This document shows, piece by piece, positions 11,406-21,617 of a DNA stretch of 21,617 nucleotides. The first letter of the stretch is position 1. Each line of letters opens with the position of its first letter. This DNA is from Ginkgo biloba (lineage: Eukaryota; Plantae; Ginkgophyta), in contig JANKJI020000002.1 of assembly GCA_024626585.2 (NCBI GenBank), positions 234,623,291-234,644,907 on the forward strand. Direction: 5' to 3'. The notes under the pieces were generated by a model. It saw nothing but the letters and a program-made list of their open reading frames with translations. It ran no database searches and was not told where the DNA came from. A program made the translations under genes and the position numbers.

Positions 11406-13352
11406 AAATTATAATAAAATTAGAAAAAGACCATAGGTTCAGAGTCTCTGAGAATATGACACATTATAGTATGATCTCACATGATTATGCCACATGTCAA
11501 ACCCTCGTGTGACCTTCCCTCACAATGATTAACAATATTAAAGAAAACTCACAAAGTTGTGGGTTCAACATGTCACGACATTATGCCATGTGGCACCCCA
11601 AGTTCATAAGATTACACCATGTGGAAAGATATTAGGAGTTCAAAGATATAGGGTAGAAAAATGTGGTGAGTTGGGAGGTCTATAAGATGATGACATGTGT
11701 CCTAATCTTGGTCGTTCATTGATTCTCAGGGCATAAGAAAAAAATACAAGTTCAAAGGGTAGCATATCCAAGTGCCACAGGATCATGCCACCGAGAAAAA
11801 TTTTCTAAATCCTCTCCTAGTAGTATGTAAAAACCTTAGAAATAAANNNNNNNNNNNNNNNNNNNNNNGTGGATCATGAATCTAAAGATCCCAGGATCAT
11901 ACCACATGTCACTATCTTGTGTTTTTAGGAGGTTTTGGTAAAGTGACAGAAGGAGAATTCAACCATCTTAACACTTACAAAACCTTGACCTCGTGAGAGT
12001 ATGCCACATGTAAGGATCAAATATAAATGAGAATATGATACACATAGAGGTGGGAATTGAGGATATGTTAGGCATCTCTATTGGATCACTCCTTAGGACC
12101 CCATGGTGGATCATTTATGGTCTTTGGAAGCCATAATTATAAAAAGAATAGAAAAAGATGAGTGTGAGCCACTAGGAAATAAATAAGGACCACCTTACCC
12201 CTATCACTCTAGTAAAATAGAGTGAAAAAGGAAAAATTAGAAGTTGTGGATAGTGGCAGAATGGTGAATAGTCATAATATGTGGTAAAGGATGGCCTGAT
12301 AGCACCCCAGTGGGACATGCAGACTGTGGCTTTACTCAGTGGATAGGAAATGAAAGTGCAAATTAGTAATGGTCCCCCTCTTTGATTGAGCATGAGCCAT
12401 TAAGAATGCATGATAGATTTCATTCATAGCAAAGGATCCCTCCATAATGTTATTTAGCCTTCGTAGAGGGACATCTATAAAAGGGATGAATTTTGAGGTA
12501 GAAGTGGTTCATTCAGAGGTTTTAGGACCATTTTAGTGATTAGTTTCTTTGTGGTTTCTTAGCATTATGTAGAGATGGATATTGGTCATGTCAAGATGGT
12601 TGGTTTCTTTCAAAATTNNNNNNNNNNNNNNNNNNNNNNNNNNNNNNNNNNNNNNNNNNNNNNNNNNNNNNNNNNNNNNNNNNNNNNNNNNNNNNNNNNN
12701 NNNNNNNNNNNNNNNNNNNNNNNNNNNNNNNNNNNNNNNNNNNNNNNNNNNNNNNNNNNNNNNNNNNNNNNNNNNNNNNNNAGAATGTTTTTCTTGACTA
12801 GTCATTTTTAAATTCACCTAGCCTTGTTGATGAATTGTAAAGAGATATATGATTAAAGATAGTTTACTCTATGATTGGTCTGATGATGTTGTCCAATTAA
12901 TGTGTGGTAGATTATCAAAAGTTTCTCCCTCTCTTTCTCCCTTATTTTGGAAATTTTTCATGGTTTTTTTCTAAAGGTCCTATTCTATCTCACACCTATC
13001 ACTAAGTTACAAGGCCCAACACTGCAAACCTATTATTTTTAGTGATAATCTACTACCTCCCCTTTTTTATTTTTAGTCACCATTCTGGTTCCCCTTATCC
13101 TCCCCTTTTTATTTCGTGGCATTGAGATAGATCTCACCTCTAATAGTTCCAAATATTCTGAGAGGATGTTATTATATTTGTTTTACATTTTTATTTATTT
13201 TAGACAAAAAGGGAACCATCCCTATTTAAGTTGGAGGGTTGATCGACCCCTTACTATTGCCCATGTCTTCACACCATCACTCTGAGTTGAACCATTTTTT
13301 CCTTATCCACCCTTTTTACTCTAAGTGTTAATAAAAGGCCAGTCAATAGAAT

Positions 13353-13369
13353 TGGTGATCAACTAGAGA
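13353..13369 (+). other. Possible degenerate tRNA-Arg-type PBS
   Basis: TGGTGATCAACTAGAGA loosely resembles the Tat/Ogre PBS TGGCGACTCCACTGGGGA and sits between U5-like sequence and a possible gag start near 13669. Confidence 0.3.
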
Positions 13370-13987
13370 ACCCAGAATCCATAAGGCTCCTTAGTTAACT
13401 ATCAAGCACAAAACTAACTAGTACCAGCAATCCCACCATAAGGAGGCCTTACACAAGGTCACAAAGAGAATAGGTTGTGATACAACCTTTCTTGAGGTCT
13501 TCCCCTAATAAAAGGAAAAGGACAAGAATCACTAGAAGAATACCCTTAGCTCAGTAGCTTTACCCCACTCAACTTCCCATAGTTCACTTTCTTCATCATA
13601 GTTTCTCTCTTCCATCTACATCCACCTATCCTCCACCCTCTTCCTTAGTATTAAAATCACCCACTATAATGGCAACAATTATTCCTTAGAGGACAAGCTC
13701 TTCCCTGAACCTAAGAGTCCCCCTAGATGATATGCATGATAAAGCTCGAGATGCTTGTTGTTAAGCATGTTGTGTGCCTAACGAATGTATAGTGATTTCC
13801 TAGCCGACCAAGATGTGCATGCAGGTAGATCATATATTACACACTAAATTCTAACACATCCATACAACTGTATATAGATATGAGAAANNNNNNNNNNNNN
13901 NNNNNNNNNNNNNNNNNNNNNNNNNNNNNNNNNNNNNNNNNNNNNNNNNNNNNNNNNNNNNNNNNNNNNNNNNNNNNNNNNNNNNNN

Positions 13988-15094
13988 TGGGGATATGACA
14001 ACACCTTACACAGGTGTCTTAGTATTCTAGAATCCACTCAAGTCTTGGATGAATTTCATGAAGGTGTATATGGGAAAAAAATTTTCGTTGAATCTACAAT
14101 ACATAAGGCCTTATGAACAGGGTACTACTGGCTTACTATATTTAAAGATGCCTTTCAAAAGGTGAGAAGTTATCACCAATGCCAAATGTTTGTAGNNNNN
14201 NNNNNAAACTATCAGTAATTATATTGCATCCTATCCATTATGAGAAACCATTTGAGCAATGGGGATTAGACTTCATTGGTCTAATCAATCCACATACAAG
14301 TGGAGGCTACAAGTTCATCCTTACTATTACATATTACTTCACCTCCTAGTTTGAAGTAATCACTACAAAAAGAGAAACCTTAGGAGTAGTGATTGAATTC
14401 TTGGAGTAGGTGCTCATGCTAAGATTTAGAGTGCTTGCAAGCCTGATATTGGATAATGGCCTAGATTTTATTTCTAATGACATGTTTAATTTTTCTCAAA
14501 AATATGGAATGTTGTTAACGCCCTCTTCCAATTATTACCCCCAAGGGAATGGCTTGGCCAAATCAACTAACAAAACCTTGGTCAAGGTATTAAAGAGAAC
14601 CATTGGAAAAAACCATAGGGACTAGAATTTGAAGCTATAGGTAGCTCTATGGGCCAATCACATCACTCCTAAAGCCTCCATCAGTTGCTCCCCATTTTTA
14701 TTACTATATGGTAAGGAGGCCATTATACATCCTAAACTCTCCCTGAAAGGAATTGAACTGGCTAAGTTTAGTAATGATGGATGATCCCCCATTGAGAAAA
14801 GATTATAGATCTTCCCCCATCTTAAGGAAAAAAGAGAAAAGGAACAACAAAAACTTTCATGACACCATGAAAGGGTAAAATGATATNNNNNNNNNNNNNN
14901 NNNNNNNNNNNNNNNNNNNNNNNNNNNNNNNNNNNNNNNNNNNNNNNNNNNNNNNNNNNNNNNNNNNNNNNTGGATAGGCCCATTCAAAGTATCTAAAAC
15001 AATAAAACATAATGATTTCAAGTTAAAATCCTTGGATGGTGGTCTATTACTTATTCTGCTGAACAGTCAACATATGAAGAAATTTTACACTTGA
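13988..15094 (+). pseudogene. Degenerate Ty3/gypsy integrase (pol C-terminus), no chromodomain
   Basis: Zinc-finger remnant LHRC...EFHEG...GYYWLTIFKDA...HQCQ; core PFEQWGLDFIG, DNG, SSNYYPQGNGLAKSTNKTL, SPFLLLYG; GPF motif WIGPFKV at ~14972; ends NSQHMKKFYT-stop at 15094; several in-frame stops. Confidence 0.93.
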
Positions 15095-15301
15095 GAGATC
15101 ATTCTCTGTAACCCTATAAATATTGTAAATAGTTTGCTTTTTGTTATGCTATTTTAAGTAGTTCTAAAATAGATAAGATCCTANNNNNNNNNNNNNNNNN
15201 NNNNNNNNNNNNNNNNNNNNNNNNNNNNNNNNNNNNNNNNNNNNNNNNNNNNNNNNNNNNNNNNNNNNNNNNNNNCATTTAGCACTCTGGTATACATAAA
15301 T

Positions 15302-16407
15302 GTTAATGTGGGAGGCATGGTACTCTAAAATTGCCTGCAAGCCTAGGTGAAGTTAATATCTAAGCATATGCCACTTGTTAGGTCCAACATCTCTTCTTCC
15401 ACCTGATCTCCTACCATTCCTCTCAGATAGTGAATCTCTTCTCCCTCTGTGAGAGAAAGAATGAATAATTATTGTCAAGGCCTTTGCTTGACATTATCAA
15501 AATCCAAAGATNNNNNNNNNNNNNNNNNNNNNNNNNNNNNNNNNNNNNNNNNNNNNNNNNNNNNNNNNNNNNNCAATTTATAATAGGGTCCAAAGGTGAT
15601 AGTGTCACAAAACCATAGGAGGTTTGAACTAGCAGGATTCAACCAAGTGGTGATAGTTCATGATGAGTTCCCTTGCAATGTGTAAAAAATTCTTGGAGTG
15701 TTTGACAAAAAGGTTGCAAGGACTGATATTACATGATCATGCCACATGTCAAAGATTCATAGCATCACTCCTTGTGATAAGTCAAAACCTTAAAATAAAA
15801 TTGACAAAAAATATCATGATCTCATAATCCACTAGATTATGCCAAGTATCATCTAAGAGTTACAAGATCATGCCATATGGTAAGATTCTATGAGATTTTC
15901 CTCACGGAAGTTGAAAAACATTTGGGAAATTTTAACAAAGGTGGTGTAGCCTGATTCATAAGATTATGACATATGGCAAGAATTTATGAGATCTCCCCCT
16001 ATAGAAGTTAAACAACTCTAAAGAAAATATAAAGGGATATGAGTTCACATATTTATGAGATTGAGATATGTGTCAAGTGTTCATATTCTCTCCCTTATCA
16101 CAGTGGTTAAAGACTTGGAATAAATTATAAAAAAATTTATATGTCTCAGGGTGTCTAAGATGTTTCCACGTATCACAGTCCTAGGTGTCGTAGGCTTGCA
16201 TTGATACAAAGGAAGATTGAATTGCTCAAAAGGATACGGGTCTCTGAAGCCCCAATATCTCACCAGCTACCATCATCTCGGGCACTCCCTAAAAGCATAG
16301 TTAGAAAATAAAATAAAAGCATACCTATAAAATATTATGACTCCTCAGATCATGAGATCATGCCATGTGGCAAGATCTCATTTCATCTCCCCTTGTGGTC
16401 ATTCAAA
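15302..16407 (+). repeat. Right copy of the long direct repeat (3' LTR, partial)
   Basis: Collinear with 10274-11405 at an offset of about 5.0 kb; lies downstream of the integrase stop. Confidence 0.9.
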
Positions 16408-16807
16408 NNNNNNNNNNNNNNNNNNNNNNNNNNNNNNNNNNNNNNNNNNNNNNNNNNNNNNNNNNNNNNNNNNNNNNNNNNNNNNNNNNNNNNNNNNNNN
16501 NNNNNNNATAGAATCAATCATGATTATGGTTTTTCTCTGTTTCCCGTTTGAATCCTTATGAAAAGCATGAGGGTATGAGGGTTATGATATTGGGGGTTCC
16601 AAATTTTTTTATTAATTTATGCTTTATTTGAAATGAAATAACTTTGCTAAATCTACTTACTCTAACCTAGATTGTTATATCATTTTTCATTCTAAATAGC
16701 CCCACCTCCTAAGATTCCACACAAACATTATTAAAAAANNNNNNNNNNNNNNNNNNNNNNNNNNNNNNNNNNNNNNNNNNNNNNNNNNNNNNNNNNNNNN
16801 NNNNNNN

Positions 16808-17700
16808 CATCCATCTATCAACATCCCTTCTCAAGATCAGAGGTAATAAGGAATTGTGTACATGAAAATAAATAACAAGTAGTAAAAATAGTAAAAATAA
16901 AAACATAAAATACAATGAAAAAGCTAAAGAAAAATACAAAACTAAAATAACCATAAAACACACAGACATCAATCATCATTCACACTAGGCATAAAAAATT
17001 GACAAATAAAAATTCTATAGAGACATAACTTTCCAACTAGAGAAACCCTCATAATAAATAAAACTCCAAGATGATATTAATCAACAAATTTTAGGCCATT
17101 ATAAACATCCACCTCAGATATTCCTCACTATTGAAGGATGATATAAAGGATTATAATAATTCAAATCATGGGACAAATGTCCACAGATCTTGAGTTGCCT
17201 CCATTGACAATTCTGCTTAGGTTTTGTTCCACTAGCTAACACTTGGAGGAATCCTCAACACCTTTTCCAACTGCCTCTAGCTTGATGATCTATCAAGTGT
17301 CCTCCTTTGGGGCTTTTTCTTCAAGTACCCTTACGCATGGAACTGCTTCACGCTAGTGATTCAATGTCTACTCTAGCTCATAATCTCCCTTGTGGTAATT
17401 CTTCTCTAACAACCACTCTTCTCTTTTCGTCGATCTCCTTCTTCTTCTCCTTTGTCCCTGTTGATGCAAGTCTTATACACAGGCTCCCACAGGTGATGGA
17501 AATTAAACTTATTCGTTTTAGGATCCTTACTGGTCTTAAGACCCAAGGTACAAAACACTCAAAGCTTATAACTCAGGGGAGTTTTTTTCTTCAATAACCT
17601 ATTGATGGAGCTAATCTAAGAACTAGATATTTACAATGGCTTTTAACTAGGTGGTTTTGCATCTTCTTTAAAAAAATCAAAAGGGAGAGAAGGGTAGGAC
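16808..17700 (-). mobile_element. Possible minus-strand LTR remnant
   Basis: Composition only: on the minus strand a TATA-like GTGTATAAGA (~17471-17480), then a purine-rich stretch, then a T-rich stretch, the usual U3-R-U5 order. No termini identified. Confidence 0.3.
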
Positions 17701-18406
17701 AGGAAAGAAAAGATTGGAATTCTTTCATACTAACTAGAGAAAGCACTATTGTTGATTTGTGATAAAGAAACCAAGATACAAAGAAAATAACATACACTCA
17801 AATTCGTATGTACCTTAGGCAATCATTCGATGAATTATAGTTCTACATACTAAATAATTAGGAGAATACCAAACAGTTCATTCACCATAAGAAACACCAA
17901 TTAAAATCATGTAGTGCAAGTCAATTAGATTTTAAAGGAACATAATGAGTATTCACACAACCATAATGGATCCAATCACTAGTAGTTGCAGATTGCATAG
18001 GCACATCTCAAGAATTTTTGGTGTGGAAAACCAAATGAATATACAAATTAAAATATTAACGTAGCTCAAANNNNNNNNNNNNNNNNNNNNNNNNNNNNNN
18101 NNNNNNNNNNNNNNNNNNNNNNNNNNNNNNNNNNNNNNNNNNNNNNNNNNNNNNNNNNNNNNNNNNNNNNCTAGAGTCGAGAAGAATTCGTCATTGTTCT
18201 TGTGTGAAATGCAATTCAATAGAAAGTAAATTAATGAAGACTTGACAAAACCTAGAAGGATATTGAGGCCCTACTTCCAAGCACATTGAGGGCAATCATG
18301 TTGCACTTTATCACCCACAAGCACAATAGAAGTTTCTATTGTCTAAACTTACTCATGAAATTTTCATATTGGCGTTCAAGGCCTTAAAAGAGTACAAAAC
18401 CTAGGC

Positions 18407-18429
18407 CTAAGAGTACATAGCACATCCAC
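18407..18429 (-). CDS. SDR terminal micro-exon 6: (G)GCAMYS-stop
   Basis: Pyrimidine tract and TTTTTGCAG acceptor at 18431-18430; phase restores the conserved HPNGG and gives a 7-residue tail of the usual length, ending TAG at 18409-18407. Confidence 0.75.
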
Positions 18430-19723
18430 CTGCAAAAATTGCAAGAAGAGACTATGAATCAGGTTTATAAAATGTATAAATATAAAATAAATACACTCTC
18501 AAGGACTTGGTATTCAAATGGGAACAGCAGAGACAAAAATAAGTACCATTAGGATGAAGAACTTGGCCAGTGATATAAGAAGCATCTTGGGAAGCAAGGA
18601 AAACATAGCAAGTAGCTGCTTCACAAGGCTGCCCAGCCCTACCCATTGGTGTATCTTCCCCTAAATGGGCTATCGTATTGGCATCAAGTGATACAACATT
18701 CATGGGTGTCCATATTGGACCAGGAGCAACACCTGCACCCATACATAGAAAAATACACCAAATTATCCAGTGGTAATTACAGAGTCATTTTGTGTGTTCA
18801 TGCCATTCTGATGGACAAAGTAAATTACCATTTACTCGTATCCCTCGTTTCACCAGCTAATCCTCTTGTGAATGTAAGAATTGCACCCTTGCTTGATGCA
18901 TAGTCTAGTGTAGGTGGGTTTCCTACATATGCTTGCCTTGAGAGGGAATTAATAATGTTGCTTCCATCCCTCATATGTTTCACTGCATGGCTGCTCCACC
19001 ATTAAACAAAGTATCAGACACAACATACATATATCAGGCATGAAACTTAACTCTACAAGCAAATAATTGCACATACCTGACAATGAAGAATTGGGAAAAA
19101 ATATTTGTCCTAAATGTGCGCTCTACTTGTTGGGGTTTCATGTCTTCAATCTTCTCAACTACATGATTCTCCGCTGCATTATTTACCAGTATATCGATAG
19201 AGCCATATGCTTGAACGACATCATCTACAACCTGACATTAAAGAAGCATCTGTAAGGCTATAAATAACTAATAATTGAAGTCTCTCCTAGAAAAAAAATT
19301 AAATTAATCCTACCTTTTTACAGTTCTCATCATATCCTAAATCCTCCACAGGAATTTTCATGGGCATCTTGGCATCAGGATTCTTGTATTCATTCAGTTT
19401 CTCAAGAGTCTCATTGGCATCTACATCTTCCCTTGGGGAAACGTATGTGAATGCCACAGTAGCCCCTTCCAGGGCAAAATGATAACATACAGCTCTTCCA
19501 ATGCCTGAATCCCCACCTGTGACCAGAGCCACTTTGCCCTGCAAAGAGATCCAAATGTTAGAAACTAAGAAATGGGTATAAAGAGCAATGCCAATACAAA
19601 TACGATTGAAATTACCTTCAATTTATCGGCAGGCCTGTAAGTGGGCGACACTGATACAGGTCTTGGCACCATTAAGTACTCCAACCCAGGTTGGGTGTCC
19701 TGATGCTGAAGAGGAAACGACAT
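18407..19723 (-). CDS. Classical short-chain dehydrogenase/reductase, glucose and ribitol dehydrogenase / NADPH-dependent aldehyde reductase 1-like; six exons; frameshift in exon 4 (possible null allele, young pseudogene or assembly error)
   Basis: Exons 19723-19616, 19538-19314, 19231-19077, 18990-18829, 18732-18547 and 18429-18407, all joined by GT-AG introns of 77-117 bp. Motifs: QxTQPGxE N-terminus, TGGDSGIG cofactor motif, NNAA, catalytic S...[35 protein letters not shown]. Exons sum to 859 nt (not a multiple of 3); adding 8 nt gives 288 aa, typical for the family. Confidence 0.93.
18547..18732 (-). CDS. SDR exon 5: VAPGPIWTP...[11 protein letters not shown]...[11 protein letters not shown]
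   Basis: Acceptor GTGCAG|GT, donor AATG|GTACTT; matches ORF-track entry 18452..18742. Confidence 0.92.
18829..18990 (-). CDS. SDR exon 4 (catalytic S and YxxxK; frameshifted near 18855): [45 protein letters not shown] / LVKRGIRVN
   Basis: Acceptor GAGCAG|C, donor AATG|GTAATT. The conserved LVKRGIRVN lies in a different frame from the preceding FTRGLA. Confidence 0.9.
19077..19231 (-). CDS. SDR exon 3: [23 protein letters not shown]...[15 protein letters not shown]
   Basis: Acceptor GTCAG|GTT, donor CAG|GTATGT; IDILVNNAA and FRTNIFS motifs. Confidence 0.92.
19314..19538 (-). CDS. SDR exon 2: [17 protein letters not shown]...LGYDENCKK (Rossmann fold)
   Basis: Acceptor TTTGCAG|GGC, donor AAG|GTAGGA; TGxxxGIG motif; matches ORF-track entry 19299..19544. 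Confidence 0.93.
19616..19723 (-). CDS. SDR exon 1: [36 protein letters not shown]
   Basis: ATG at 19723-19721 with an in-frame TGA six codons upstream; family-typical N-terminus; donor AAG|GTAATT. Confidence 0.88.
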
Positions 19724-21617
19724 GACTCTGCAGATGGTTCAGCTCCGTTCAGACTAAAATGGGTATACAGGATAAACAGAACAAGAACCAAAAGAAATTG
19801 GAAAAGCACTATTGTGATATGGAATCCTAAAAGCTTTTAGGATGGACTATACGTTACTGAATTCTCTGCAACAGACGGACTTTATTGGGCGCATACCCTG
19901 CATATTGTTGAAAAGATCTTGGAATGATACCCACTAAAAATGGGAGTCCATCTGATGCCTGCCTCATCAATGTGCTTCCATGCTGATCGGCCCCACTTCT
20001 TACCGGGTAGCAAAATCTATTTGTGCCTCGTTTGCGGTAATACTTGTACCAATTGTGTGTATATTTTTTATTTTTTTAGGGGTGAAAACATGATTCTATT
20101 TATTAACCAAAAATAAAATCAGAGCTATGGTTATTTGTTTATTTTCGAAGTTGGGTAATTATTTTTCAACATTAACTTAGAGCCAAACTAAAGCCATAGT
20201 AGTTCATGGATAAATGTCCCTTTTCAACCACTAGGGACTAGACCAGACGGACTAGACCACACTCTGGCAAACTTATCTTTGGATGACTNNNNNNNNNNAC
20301 GTACGTATCTATAGTGGCTAGAAAAAAGTGCAACATAGCCAATAATATATCAAAACAAATGGCATATGGCATAATAGATCACAAGTTATGACGTGGATCT
20401 TTGTAGTGTTTTTTTGTACCATCCCACTTGCACATGCAAAGTCATGCTATAAATTTTCCTTCTTTAAGAAAATAATTATTTTTTGTATTGTCCTATAACA
20501 AATGTGCTCTAACTTAGAAATGTGTGCATTTAATTCTAATTCATTTTATAGATAAGCTCAATTGACCAAAACCTAATAGACAATTAATTACACTAGCATA
20601 AAAAAAAGAAAAAAAATAGTTGTGATTACCATATGATTGAAAGAAACATAGAGGTTATTTTATCTAACACAGATTGTATTTGCTTAACAATATTAACCCC
20701 GTGAAGAATAGTGCAATTTTGCAAATTTTGATTAATTTATTCTTGTTCTAAATCATGTGTTTGCCTAATCAATAATAGGTTGTCATAGACCCCACTCAAG
20801 ATCTCCATAAGATTGACTTGATTTTTAAATCTTTTTAACATTAATGACAATTTGCTACTATAATACCCATGTTGTATACATGCATCACAATCTTTGGGAA
20901 TACATCATGAATACATAAAAGCATTTAAACCATATCCATAGGAAATATAATTGTGCTAACATGAATATTGGTGGTGTGTGAAATGATTATGCATTTGGAA
21001 TTATTGTGAATAGTCAAAGTTTTAGATCCATGGAAAAAATTATGATATTTGCATTACGTGTGTGCACATGTGAGTGTGCATTCCTACATGCAAGTGCATG
21101 CATGTGTAACTAATACTCAGTGCAAACGAAAATCCACATTGCCTTGGTGCGTTTACTCTCAAGTTACCTCTTATTATCATGGCCAAGAGACAAGTTGAGA
21201 TGACCCCACCCAAAAGGTGTCTAACTAAGCATAAGCTTATCGAGGTAGTGAGACTGTAGTTCCTTCAAAGGTGCCTACATCCATTAGCTTTCATCATACG
21301 CGTGCACTTTGAATATNNNNNNNNNNCCATGGGTTGCAAACTTGTGACTAAACTTAGTAAATCCCAAGTGCATAATCCATCCAATTACACCGCAATGAGT
21401 TTTTTTCCTTGATCTTTGTTTAGTGTATATGACTAATATGTTTATTTCCATGATATAATCAAATGAGATTCTACAACCTTTTTAGTAACATGATTAAGAT
21501 GATGTAACATATATGCTAGTAAATAATCAATAATATCTAGTTAATTCACCCACAAGATTATTTTTCTGTACATCTTTAAATGGTAAGTACTAAAATCATT
21601 AGGATAATGGTAAGGGA

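Larger units (their letters stand above)
10274..16407 (+). mobile_element. Decayed Ty3/gypsy non-chromoviral (Tat/Athila-type) retrotransposon with long LTRs; outer ends hidden in gaps
   Basis: Direct repeats 10274-11405 and 15302-16407 flank a plus-strand integrase; TATAAAA at 12476 followed by R/U5-like sequence. Confidence 0.78.

Noticed and set aside
10731-12012. CRISPR array
   Set aside because: Eukaryotic context, highly degenerate repeats, related spacers, no cas genes, and the array is duplicated within an LTR pair.
2151-18219. ORF-track entries that run through N stretches
   Set aside because: Their length comes from assembly gaps; only those overlapping the integrase or fossil ORFs have support.
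18452-18546. Read-through of exon 5 to the stop at 18452 as the real C-terminus
   Set aside because: The sequence after HPNG is AT-rich and intron-like; a GT-AG intron to 18429 restores HPNGG and a normal-length tail.
18646-19255. Plus-strand ORFs 18646-18903 and 19067-19255
   Set aside because: Antisense to SDR exons with no independent coding signal.
20235-20259. GGACTAGACCA repeated twice
   Set aside because: Only two short copies; an ordinary slippage duplication.

Overview
Draft-assembly, N-gapped, AT-rich, CpG-depleted land-plant nuclear DNA; a large-genome plant such as a gymnosperm is inferred from the style of the retroelements but not proven. About 1.3-17.7 kb is a nest of old, decayed LTR-retrotransposon pieces: two diverged copies of one LTR family (1284-~2265 and 8712-9847, the second followed by a tRNA-iMet PBS and an MPPK gag start); a PPT plus 3' LTR at 4610/4620 preceded by a fossil Glu/Lys-rich reading frame; a fossil minus-strand accessory ORF (~6600-7255); a minus-strand PBS at 10083-10100; and a Ty3/gypsy (Tat/Athila-type) element with ~1.1 kb of alignable direct repeat (10274-11405 vs 15302-16407) flanking a degenerate integrase. 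The only host gene is a six-exon short-chain dehydrogenase of the glucose-and-ribitol-dehydrogenase / NADPH-dependent aldehyde reductase family on the minus strand (19723-18407). As assembled it has a frameshift in exon 4 that looks like an 8-bp microhomology deletion. I found no convincing novel multi-gene system; the best leads are the frameshift and its possible splice rescue, the accessory retroelement ORFs, a shared hairpin LTR terminus and periodic cis-element arrays in the LTRs. All alignments and translations were done by eye.
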